Positions 12,412 through 22,343 are shown, numbered from the stretch's first letter. The stretch is 34,145 nucleotides of DNA from Catajapyx aquilonaris (GCA_000934665.2 JYFJ02004211.1:1-34145), one strand, 5' to 3'. The notes: a model not told the origin generated them from the letters alone. Translations and numbers: made by a program.

Positions 12412-12480
12412 TACGTTTTCATGTTCGACTGCTTCGAGAGGATACAGGAAGAAACTAAATGGAAAGATGCGGGGGAATGA
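12412..12480 (+). CDS. SNX27: SNX27 coding exon 11 (terminal, TGA)
   Basis: ttacag|YVFMFDCFERIQEETKWKDAGE*, matching the recalled SNX27 C-terminal helix (xxMxxCFERxxxExKW). Confidence 0.94.
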   Translation, partial: YVFMFDCFERIQEETKWKDAGE

Positions 12481-14904
12481 CGCCTAAGGAATTATCGCCA
12501 TTGAATCCAAAAGAAAGTGCGTGGTTTTTTGCGTTAAAACGAGGATTGCACACCCAACCCCGCTAAATTAGCACCGATTAATTAGTTTCCTCAGAAACTG
12601 TCCTCCCCTTTCCGAAAAAAATTATGCCAATGACTATTCTCGGTGGATAATTTGGCAAAAAAAAAAGTACGCAGCTCGCACTTTCCTCCTAAACTCGCCG
12701 TAGTAATAATTCAGTGTACATAGAAGTATTTTGATAAACTGTGGCTCGGCAAAGAACAAATAGCAAGGAATAATTGGGAATGAATTAAATTTTTTTTTCA
12801 GGGTGCTAACGAGCCATCAGTTGTACAATTTTCAATTCATTCCGTGTTGACCACTACCGATAAAAAGACAGGTGTTTTTTTTTTTCTCGAAGATTTATTT
12901 TTTTGTTTTTCCCCCCACCCCTCTGGTTCACGCTTGACTCGTGTACATATTGATAAGTGTTAGGTACATAATACTCTGTGATGTATATGTAGTTTGCGAG
13001 TGAGTGGATAGATGCTCAATTTAATTTACTTCAAAAAAAAAAAATTGGTGGGGAAAAAAAAAAGGTGGGGAATGGTGTGAAATACGGGACGTATCGAAAT
13101 GTAATACGAGCGTAATAGTGCCGGACACTGGTCGTTGCTCGGGATTGAAAAATCGTGCGTAATTTTGACGGATAATTAATTGCGGAGATGCGGACGTCCG
13201 ATCAAGACTGAAATGTACGACATATTTTCGCCAAAAATGCGCACTTTTTAAATATATGGAATGACGCCTCTCTAATCGCAACTATCACGTTCGTATTACC
13301 CGTTCGGTATGCCCCGTATTATTAATATATTTGCGAAACAATGGACCAACCCATATCATGATTCAGTGTGCCTCGGTTGAGTTACAGCTTACATATTTAT
13401 ATCCGTTGCATTGTTGGGCCATCTATTATTGTTACTGGATTATTGATATTTTTGGCTACGGACGTTCGGTTTGGAGCGAAAACTTTTGCATGTCTCTCTT
13501 TTTCCAGCATTTTGCAATTATTTATGAATGGCTCATATGTTCCTCGACGTTTAAATCGAGGAGATGAAAAAAAAAAAAAAATGCAATTTGCTCATTTCTT
13601 TGTCCGTTACAACAAAAAGCAATACTTTTGAGTGAACGATGCCATATGCAAGAAAATAAGTGTATGCAAATTTAATATTTGAGTTGACAATTTTTTTTTT
13701 TAATGCCAACGTGGTACAATAGGAGCGGAGATGAAAGCTGTTGAAACCCCCCCCCCTCCCTGGTCAAAGCGATCATTTATTTTTCCTGGTGACTAAGTCT
13801 AGTTGAAACTAAAGCAATTGTTGTTCCCATTATTGCCAGAGTCTAGTCTTTGCTCACTTTCCAAATACTCAAAATTTTCCTCCTCTCCCGAACTATTTCC
13901 TACTTTTTTGTGCGAAACAAAATCTCCCCCCGCCCCCCCTACCCGGTCTTTTTGAGAGGAAAAAATGAAACAACAAAAAAAAAACACACACACACATAGA
14001 GTCTCTAGTTTCGACCTGCTTAAATGACAATTTGCCTTACGAGTTTTGAGGTGTATGGGGTGTACGGATTACCATTCTTGCCTAATTAATAAGATTATAT
14101 CATGTTCCATGTTTCTGTTGCGCATACGGTTTAAAAAAAACGAGTGATGAAGAAAACGCAGCACCTTTTCCCTCAATGTATTAAAACGAGAAATTCCAAC
14201 TGTGGATCCCCAGCCTCTTGATTCGATTGCGTCACATGAAATTATTGGGTCGTACCTGCTTGTTTTTCAGCTTGCAAATCCAGCAGCCGAGGAAAAAAAG
14301 AGGTGAGAGCAATAATTCATTCTAATTTTTTACTCAAAATGCTAATCAAATTATTCCGATCTCTCTAGGTCGTCCACTGTGAAGGAAAGAGACGCTTCCT
14401 TCGTTGCAAGGTTGATGTAAAGAAAGAAGTGGAGATAGACGAAGCGCCCTTGCTGCCTGAGGACATTCCGACGGTGGATGGAGTGATTCAGGAGGTTTAG
14501 CGAAGGGAATAGGAAATGTTGGTGGCACTGAAGGTGGGGATGATCCCCTCGGAATAATGTTCATGTCGGACATTGACCAATTTCATACAGATGGTTCCCA
14601 AGGTACTCGTGGCACAGATTATTATTAAAGGCTAAATGGAAATACGTTTCCAACAGCATCAGATGTTACGTGGAAGGGACAAGACTATAAATAATCAAAA
14701 TCTGAATATATGTATTGCTTTATAAAATTCATAACATAACAACACCCATATCAGTCATCATTTCACGCTACGGCTGACACCGTTTCCATTGGATTTTAAG
14801 CAACACAAAATTACTGACCCTTAGGGAAAGGAGGCGACAGACTGCCAACCTCTTTAATGAAACTTGAAGTAGAAAGACATTTTGCAATTAATTCATTCCC
14901 ATCT

Positions 14905-15117
14905 TTACTTGGCCAGCTTATCCGTAAGCTCAGGCACAGCCTTGAAGAGGTCTGCCACGAGCCCAAAATCCGCCACCTGGAAAATTGGTGCCTCAGGGTC
15001 CTTGTTGATGGCCACGATGGTCTTTGAGTCCTTCATCCCAGCCAAGTGCTGGATCGCACCCGATATTCCCACCGCCACGTACAGCTCAGGCGCCACAATC
15101 TTGCCTGTCTGTCCCAC
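14905..15117 (-). CDS. ETFA: ETFA coding exon 5 (FAD-binding signature, TAA)
   Basis: ttgcag|[40 protein letters not shown]...TDKLAK*. Confidence 0.97.
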   Translation of the reverse strand: MGQTGKIVAPELYVAVGISGAIQHLAGMKDSKTIVAINKDPEAPIFQVADFGLVADLFKAVPELTDKLAK

Positions 15118-15230
15118 CTGCAAGAAACAACAGTAGCAATAAACAGGGCGAACGATGTCATCGCTGAGTGAAAGTAACCATCGTGGTAACAATCACCACA
15201 ATCGCTCAAAGCATAAACAGGGCTACATAC

Positions 15231-15352
15231 CTGGAGGTCATTAGGCACAAAACCAGCATCAACAGCTGCCCTGGATGCTCCGACGGCTGCGTTGAGTTTA
15301 TCGGCAAGGTCGTACAGAAGCTTGAAGTTGTCGCCGGACTTCATACCACGAC
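15231..15352 (-). CDS. ETFA: ETFA coding exon 4
   Basis: tttcag|(G)[40 protein letters not shown]|gtatgt. Confidence 0.96.
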
Positions 15353-15406
15353 CTGAAACTCATGGGAGATTAGCTTGGTTAAATAATCGACTTCACCTAG
15401 TCGTAC

Positions 15407-15821
15407 CTCCGCTGATGACCACTTTGGCACTGGTCAGTTCGGGGCGGTCGCTCTTGCTGAGTTCGGACTTCAGAAACTGGCTGACGTCGTCCCCTGGCAT
15501 CTGAGCCTCTGGCGCCTTCTCCTGAGTGGCGCTCCCTCCTTCCAGCTCCGCCGGCTCAAAGCTAGTCCCTCGTATCCCCACCACTTTAATCGCATCCTTG
15601 CTCTTCAGGGTCAGAACCGCATTCCCGGCGTAGATCGTCCGCACAAATGTGTCCTTGTCCTTGATTGCGATCACGTCCGATATGGGCGAAACGTCCAGCT
15701 TGGCAGCCACTCGGGGCAGAAGCGACTTCCCTAGAGCGGACGCCCCGGACAGGATGTGTGTGCAGTTGAACTGCTTCTGAGCCGCAATCACCAGCGGCGT
15801 GAGTCGCTCCGGAAGAAATCC
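15407..15821 (-). CDS. ETFA: ETFA coding exon 3
   Basis: ttatag|[23 protein letters not shown]...[14 protein letters not shown]|gtacga. Confidence 0.96.
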
Positions 15822-15873
15822 CTATAAATTGCATACATGTCACGCACAACCGACTAATCGCATCCGCTATTAC

Positions 15874-16098
15874 CTTGTACGCCTCCCCTTCCGCCACCAG
15901 TATCTTCGTCACCCCTTTGGTTTTGGACAGCGCCGCAACCGCAGGCCCGCACTTGGTGCCAGCCACCAGGCAAGTCACCTCTCCTCCCAGGTTACTCGCA
16001 GCCGTAATCGCATTCAGGGTGATCGGAGTCAGCTTCTCGTTGTCATGCTCTGCGAACACCAGCGTGCTCTGCAGGCGACGCCACACGCCGCCACCCAC
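15874..16098 (-). CDS. ETFA: ETFA coding exon 2
   Basis: tttgtccag|[34 protein letters not shown]...[10 protein letters not shown]|gtaata. Confidence 0.95.
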
Positions 16099-16229
16099 CT
16101 GGACAAACAATGCACGTAATGTACTTGGCCAACTAAATATTTTGGCCTAACAATACTATTATAAAAGACACAGTTTGTCTGTATGTCCCATAAAACGGGT
16201 ATGAAAATGGGTGTACCAGGTGCAGTTTG

Positions 16230-16690
16230 CCCGCTTGTTTGTCCAGGTTTGGATGCCAAGGCAATCTATTATTATAAGAGGCAAGGTTTGTCTGGTTGTG
16301 TGTTTGTTTGTTTGTCCTATGAAATAGGTGTCACGATAAGTCAAAGTTTGTCTGTCCAGGATTGATTGTTGGCTTGTTTGTTTGTCCAGGTTTGGATGCC
16401 AAGGCAATCTATTATTATGAAAGGCACGGTTTGTCTGGTTGTGTGTTTGTTTGTTTGTCCTATGAAATAGGTGTCACGATAAGCAAAGGATTGATTGTTG
16501 GCCTGTTTGTTTGTCCAGGTTTGGATGCCAAGGCAATCTATTATTATGAAAGGCACGGTTTGTCTGGTTGTGTGTTTGTTTGTTTGTCCTATGAAATAGG
16601 TGTCACGATAAGTCAAAGGATTGATTGTTGGCCCGCTTGTTTGTCCAGGTTTGGATGCCAAGGCAATCTATTATTATATAAAAGGCAAGG
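16230..16690. repeat. ~130-bp tandem repeat (about 3.5 copies) in ETFA intron 1
   Basis: gtccaggtttggatgccaaggcaatctattattat recurs at 16241, 16384, 16513 and 16643. Confidence 0.95.
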
Positions 16691-16835
16691 CTTGTCTGTT
16701 TGTGCCATGGTCTGGACAAACAGACATACAATCCATGTGGGATTGTTTGTCTGTTTGTCCAGACCATGACAACTTGCTTCCATGGCAACAGAGATTTTGT
16801 TGCCAATTCCTTGCCACACGTGCAATATTACTTAC

Positions 16836-16868
16836 ATTGTTGGCTCGACGTACGCAGGACGAGTACAT
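16836..16868 (-). CDS. ETFA: ETFA coding exon 1 (start of mitochondrial transit peptide)
   Basis: caacaATG MYSSCVRRANN|gtaagt; phase 0 joins [12 protein letters not shown], giving an Arg/Ser-rich presequence with no acidic residues. Confidence 0.85.
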
Positions 16869-16869
16869 T

Positions 16870-16975
16870 GTTGAAGAGAGAAAAAAGCGTGTACTTAGCA
16901 ATAATTATTGCAATAAAAAAAATGTCAGTGCGTTACGTCACTGGGCACAGCTGGACGCAGGGTTGCCAGACGAAA
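16870..16975 (-). promoter_or_regulatory. Putative TATA-less ETFA 5' UTR/core promoter region
   Basis: Directly upstream of the ETFA ATG: TGACGTAA (CRE/ATF-like, 16933-16940), CAGCTG E-box (16948-16953) and TGGCAACCCT (16959-16968); these resemble motifs described in insect housekeeping promoters. Confidence 0.4.
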
Positions 16976-17460
16976 CTAATATACACCTGAAGTAAAGATA
17001 CTCTGTATTTAATTTTTAATTTTAATAGTGCATAATTAAAATGTGGTGATTTATTGTAAATATTCAATTAATTGTAGTGCACCTGCGTTGCTTTGACGTT
17101 AGATGGAGTTGGGGTGCTGCACTTTGGGGACATCTTCCGGCCACAACTGGTGGCTAGACTTATCGAGTTTTTTTTTTTTTAGTTTAAATGCTGGCGGTAG
17201 ATGGCGAGGAAGGTTGCGTTCGACGCGACATCTTGACACGGTAGGATCAACTGGTTCAAAAAATTGGATCCAATTTTTACAGGGTGTGCAAAAGAATATC
17301 TCCACCACGAGTACAAGTTGTGGCCAATAAACGACATGGTAATTATGCGACAAATTGGCTTCATTACAAGCAGAAAAATTTGACGCAAATGGCATTATTA
17401 ATTATATGAAAGTTCAATTTAGGTTAATTAATGTACCGGTATATTGTTTTAATAAATACC

Positions 17461-17792
17461 CATGGGGTGATATTTTCTTCCCACACTGCTAGTCACTGCT
17501 AACTTAGAAGTGACCATCCCCAACACAGGTAATGCTAATAGCAGTAACTATACAGGGTAGTCCAAGTTCAAGTGTCGTTTTATAACGGCGATTAATAGCA
17601 GTGATTTTGCGATGACGTAGCAGCGACGCGTAAAATGTCCCACTTCGGCGCATCTTCGACGCCATCGAAGTGGGCAATTTTACACGTCGCTGCTACGTCA
17701 TCGTTAAGCGCTTCTATTAATCGCCGTTATAAAACGACACTTGAACTTGGACCACCCTGTATATAGCAATGGGACGAAAATTCCACCCCATG
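17461..17792. mobile_element. Older short TIR element (hAT-like MITE) hosting the nested MITE below
   Basis: catggggtgatattttcttccca at 17461 is the inverted partner of tgggacgaaaattccaccccatg ending at 17792; flanks taaatacc / tttatacc form a degenerate 8-bp TSD. Confidence 0.55.
17553..17759. mobile_element. Tc1/mariner-type MITE, almost fully palindromic, TA target duplication
   Basis: TA|CAGGGTAGTCCAAGTTCAAGTGTCGTTTTATAACGGCGATTAATAG...CTATTAATCGCCGTTATAAAACGACACTTGAACTTGGACCACCCTG|TA; the internal arms also pair. Confidence 0.9.
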
Positions 17793-18557
17793 TTTATACC
17801 TTTAATTTGATGTGATGTGATTTAATGTGATGGTGATTGTGACAGAGTAATCACACTTTCCTCACAATACTTCAATAATATTGTTGGTTGCATTGTTGCT
17901 TTTGTTTGATAAAATGATAAATTAACAGAAAGAAATTGAACTGAGATAAGATAAAAATACAATAAAATCTATAATATTAAAATCCTTGCGGGAGTTGGCC
18001 GAGCCCTCTGATTGGTCCGCCGCATATTGTTACCGCCACCTCCCCATTGGCCCGCGTTCTACTCATGCGCAATTTGGTGTAAACAACTCCTGTTGGGTTG
18101 CCGGGGAAACTGTCCATTCCCCGGCGATATGGTGCGCCGAATAGGTACCCCAGGCCGTAGGCCTAGAAAAGAGCGAGCGAGCGAGCGAGAGTTTTCCTAG
18201 TAAATAAATAAAATAGCTCTCGCTGCACTTGGTCGAAATGGCTACCCAGCTTTCGCTCTCTGTCCACCAGGTGACAAAACAGCAGCCGCGCCATCTGTCG
18301 AGCACAAGCACCAAAATTCTCTGTGAGTGCCACGCGAGTCTCTCGTGCCCCCGGATTTTCGCTCTGCTGATTGTCGCTTCCCCCACCACCTCAATTGTTG
18401 GCTTTGCTCTCTTTTTTTTTAGCATCGAAAATGGCAGCCGGACGAATCAGATTACCGTCCGCTGTATCTGCACGTCCATCTCTATCCTGTCATCGGCCTC
18501 GCGACATTGTCAGCCCAACGCTGATTTAATTTGGACGCCCCCCCCCCCTTCCACCCA

Positions 18558-18613
18558 TTCTCTCTCTCTCTCTCTCTACTGTATATATCAGACACACACA
18601 CACAGACACACAC
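18558..18613. repeat. (CT)n and (CA)n microsatellites
   Basis: Direct reading of the tctctc and cacaca runs. Confidence 0.85.
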
Positions 18614-19022
18614 AGGGAGTGGGATCTGGGGCTGTGTGTTGTTATCTTTGAAGCCAGTGATTTGGTTTCGTGCGCGGAAAGCAAGAAAGGAAGTGTAGGC
18701 TTGGGCCCCCCAAATTGAATTGCTCTCTTCCGTGCAGGCACAGCCTAATTCAATTTGCATTAGCTCCCCCCTGTCAGCCGGTATCCATTTCAATCTTGGC
18801 ACAGGGAGTTGGCTGGCTATTATGGGGGGGGGGNGGGGGAGAAGGGGTGCGTTGCCTGCTGCCATGTGTCGATGCGCTCCGCGGACAAGTGTCGCTCTCT
18901 TCATTGTCTCGTAGTTTCGAAAGAAAAAATTATTTTCGTCCACAACTTTTATGGAAGCTGCCTACTACCTGTGTTAAATCGATAATATGCGAATATATCA
19001 TTCATTACATAATGATATATTT

Positions 19023-19384
19023 TGGGGAGGTGCGTGGTGGCCGTGATGGTAACGTCACGGCTTGCTGAGTGAAAGGCCCCAGGTTCGATCCCCGCCTGGG
19101 GAACTTTCCTTTCACCTGCGTCAGGAGGGTCTCTGACCTGCACCAAGGAGGTGTCTGGCAACCTAACCTCCTGGGGAACAGCACATGACCTATAGCTACG
19201 ACAGTGCACCTTGCACCCATGTTCCCTCCCCAAAAATCCCTATCCTTTCCCATTGTTCCTGTTTCCTTGCACCGGTGATTGAGGCAAAAATATATATACA
19301 GAAAACTGATGGTGGTATGCCACCCCCTATAGCTCCCATAAGGGACATCACGGGGTAAAATAATAATAATAATAATAATAATAA
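19023..19384 (+). mobile_element. tRNA-derived SINE (copy A)
   Basis: A-box-like tggccgtgatgg, B-box ggttcgatcc, (TAA)n tail, perfect 14-bp TSD ataatgatatattt (19009-19022 / 19385-19398). Confidence 0.9.
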
Positions 19385-19587
19385 ATAATGATATATTTAG
19401 TGTTTACTTCATATCCCAGATGTAAAAAGTAGGCAATTTGTCCACAACTTTTTTTGGAGGCCGCCTACTCCCTGTGTTAAAAGCGAAAAAGGCGCTTCTG
19501 TTCGGCGTGAGTCATCATAATTATGTGCCATCTATGTGAGGGATATGGTACTACGTGGACAGTCGGATTTTGATATTGAATAATTTT

Positions 19588-19815
19588 ACCGAATCAAGTT
19601 GGTGCGGTAACTGCTAATCGGAAGGTCCTTGGTTCGAATCCTGCGGCCAGCAACCCTGACCGTGGTTTTCTGTGGTTTCCCACCAGGATAATTCCGGGGT
19701 CGCTTCCGTACAATCCTCATTTTCCATCCTTGGCCCCATCCAGTGGTGGTACTCCACCCCCATAATGAAACGCCGATTCTCCCAAAGGGGTATAAATAAA
19801 TAAAATAAATAAAAT
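19588..19815 (+). mobile_element. tRNA-derived SINE (copy B, internally shortened)
   Basis: Starts accgaa, B-box ggttcgaatcc, A-rich tail, perfect 20-bp TSD ttttgatattgaataatttt (19568-19587 / 19816-19835). Confidence 0.88.
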
Positions 19816-19896
19816 TTTTGATATTGAATAATTTTTTGAGCGGAAAATAAATACGGTAACTTCAGCTGAAAATTAATAATTTCACATTGTTTATTT

Positions 19897-20154
19897 TCCA
19901 CTTAAAATCGTTCATGAATGGTTTTAAGTGGAATATTTTTAAGCGAAAACTTTCTCCAATGTCTGTTCTCATAAAGCGTCCAAGCGGAAAATTCTTCCGG
20001 TTACTTGCTTTTACATACACATCGTACAATATAGGAAAAAAACCATGATTATTAGACCTCTGGAGTAAAACGCATGTTAACCGCCTGTGACGTAACATTG
20101 GCGGTTAACATGTTTTTCTCCCTAAGCCCTGTAAATGCAAAATATTTCCACTTA
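19897..20154. repeat. Cluster of inverted repeats (possible degenerate MITE)
   Basis: ttccacttaaaa/ttttaagtggaa (19897-19933); catgttaaccgcc/ggcggttaacatg (20073-20112); taagtggaatatttt pairs with aaatatttccactta near 20140-20154. Confidence 0.45.
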
Positions 20155-20880
20155 TCACATCTATGCAGCAGAAAGTTTGTTGGTATGTACTGTAGGTAAC
20201 GGGTACCAAACCCACTTTCAGACTACTAAGAGTGCTGATATTTGGCACACATACGTCTTACATGCCGCTGATTCCGGGGAAAATCCGATACCTGCACTTT
20301 TCTAAGTCTAAAAACTCAAAATTTAGCGCAAGTATTTATGGGGAATTAATTAATTAATTAATTAAAATAAGTGACAAAGATTAGGGGAAGAATTGTACCA
20401 CTTGACATCACCTGAATCTAAAAAAATTAATAAAAATCGCTAATAAACTATCACCTAGTATTTTTGTCTGCTTTTTTCAGCCCCTTGCGGTTGGCAATTA
20501 GCAGCTTCAAATATTAGTACCATGTACAATGGAGCTACACTGGAGGTATCCTACGCTCTCTTTGAAGTCTGCTATTACTCAAGTCGGGTGCAGTAATCCT
20601 CCCCTCCTCTGCTCCTCCCTCCCCTAGTTGGAGGGTGGAAGGGGGGCGGTGGGAGTAGAGCCTCCCCCAGTTCTGCTAATGGGCGCCGTGTAAGTGATGC
20701 CCGAACTCCATTCACTTAATGCATATCGATCCCTCCAAGCTTGTGGGGGAGGGATGGGAGGGAGGGTGGCTTCCCCCTCCCCTTCCCCACCCACCTCCCC
20801 GACATCCTCTCCCAAAAACCTATAGACTTTTTAGAGCACACAGGAGGAAAAACAGTTCCGGGCCGTGTTGCTATGCATTT

Positions 20881-21186
20881 TTTTGTCCACAACTTTTTAT
20901 GAGGGGAGCTGCCTACTACCTGTGTCAGCACTCGACTACCTGTGCTGGGAATCGGCAGCCTACTACCTGTATTTCATGTCAACAGCCCACTACCTGTGCT
21001 GGGAATCGGCAGCCTACTACCTGTATTTCATGTCAACAGCCCACTACCTGTGATGGATATTAACAGCCTACTACCTGTGAGGCATATCATCAACCTACTA
21101 CCTGTGATGAATACCATCACCCTACTGCCTGTGATGAGTATCATCAACCTACTTCCTGGGATGAATACCATCAACCTACTACCTGT
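20881..21186 (+). repeat. CCTACTACCTGTG array 1 (27-bp period: ~14-bp constant core + ~13-bp variable part)
   Basis: Head motif tttgtccacaactttt followed by about 11 copies of (g/a)cc(t/c)actacctgtg with differing intervening segments. Confidence 0.9.
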
Positions 21187-21200
21187 TCAGTACTGGACGT

Positions 21201-21759
21201 TAATGGCGTCGTACTGGTGGCGCCACGTTCCGTTAGCGGCAAAAGAGCGAATAAAAGTGATGCATTTTTGGTTAAGCTTTCATAACAAGAGACCCCGCAC
21301 TTTTACCTACTTTCATAGGCTTGTATCTACTGCCGGGAAGGATAGGTCACGTGTGGGTTGGTGCAGCGTGCCCCTGACACGTTGGGTCTCACATTAGGAA
21401 AGTCGTTTCCAAAAAAAAATTGCGAGCTCAACCGAGTTCGCGCAGCTTGCAGTGTTGGCATTATCAATTATTGCTGGTGAGTTCTGCACATATGTAGGCT
21501 ACTGGTAAAATAAAGCGATGTATACATGTTTCCAACGCTACGATTGAGAGGTGGGGACAAAATGACTGACGTTTGCGACGTTGCCGAGGCTCTGGAATGA
21601 AGAATAACTCTAACAACGTCGTTGTCAGAACAACGGAACTGCGCGAATGTGGGTGCGCACTAGGTCACATTTGTGGGGAAAAAATCATTCATAGCAACTA
21701 ACACATCGCTTCGATTCGCTCTTTTGCCGTCAATTCCACCAGCATATACAACGCCACTG
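21201..21759. mobile_element. Degenerate non-autonomous TIR element
   Basis: cggcaaaagagcgaat (21237-21252) and attcgctcttttgccg (21714-21729) are perfect inverted copies; outer tggcgtcgta / tacaacgccactg also pair. Confidence 0.55.
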
Positions 21760-21775
21760 GAGTGGTTCAGAACAT

Positions 21776-22025
21776 TTTGTCCGCAACTTTTCTGAAATGT
21801 GCCCACTACCTGTTCTCTAGAGGGCACCAACTACCTGCGCTGCATGTCACAGAGCCTACTGCCTGTTCTGGATTCTGCCAGCGGCTTTTCCGGAGGCCCA
21901 CTACCTGCGTTTCATGTTCTACTACCTTTACTGGGGTTTTCAGTAATTTTCCGGAAGGTTATCAACTACCTATTCTCTCGAGGCCACCAACTACCTGTGC
22001 GTCATGTCACAGCCCACTACCCGTT
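21776..22025 (+). repeat. CCTACTACCTG array 2 (degenerate)
   Basis: Same head (tttgtccgcaactttt) and about 8 actacctg cores. Confidence 0.8.
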
Positions 22026-22100
22026 CAGGACTTTGTCCGCGATACACCCCCAGTCACTCGCCCTCTTTTCACGTGAGCTTAGCTCTGCTCCCCCACCGAC

Positions 22101-22343
22101 GGGGATTAGCCACGGTCAGCGCTAGAATCACAAGCCGAGATGGTGGCGCCTTACCTAGCGGCCAACTCTGGACTATTTTGATCGACTCCGATTGGCTGGA
22201 GGTAGTATATTGGTTAATAAGAGCACAGGAGGCCTTTTTAAACACCAGCCAATCGGAGTCGACCAAGACGGTTCAGAGTTGGCAGCTAGGTAAGGCGCCA
22301 CCATCTCGGTAAGTGATTCTAGCGCCGACCGTGGCTAATCCCC
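22101..22343. mobile_element. MITE with ~99-bp inverted arms
   Basis: GGGGATTAGCCACGGTCAGCGCTAGAATCAC...CGACTCCGATTGGCTGG pairs with CCAGCCAATCGGAGTCG...GTGATTCTAGCGCCGACCGTGGCTAATCCCC; no clear TSD. Confidence 0.85.

Larger units (their letters stand above)
966..12480 (+). other. SNX27: Sorting nexin-27 gene, whole coding span (11 coding exons, 1671-nt CDS, 556 aa)
   Basis: Exons join in frame through GT-AG introns into PDZ + PX + FERM-like domains, matching recalled SNX27 motifs ([71 protein letters not shown]). Confidence 0.97.
14905..16868 (-). other. ETFA: Electron transfer flavoprotein subunit alpha, mitochondrial; whole coding span (5 exons, 1008-nt CDS, 335 aa)
   Basis: Spliced product is colinear with recalled ETF-alpha: [103 protein letters not shown]. 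Confidence 0.97.

Noticed and set aside
15586..16110. 174-aa ORF as a single ETFA exon or frameshifted pseudogene
   Set aside because: Similarity stops at AYK|gt; a 52-nt GT-AG intron restores the frame, so the gene is intact.
16159..16995. Overlapping ORFs in ETFA intron 1
   Set aside because: Products of the 130-bp tandem repeat; only MYSSCVRRANN (16868-16836) has splice and targeting-peptide support.
19023..19105. tRNA gene calls at the GGTTCGA/GGTTCAA B-boxes (also ~19656, ~22442, ~31250)
   Set aside because: No complete cloverleaf; each continues into a shared body and A-rich tail and is flanked by TSDs, so these are SINE heads.
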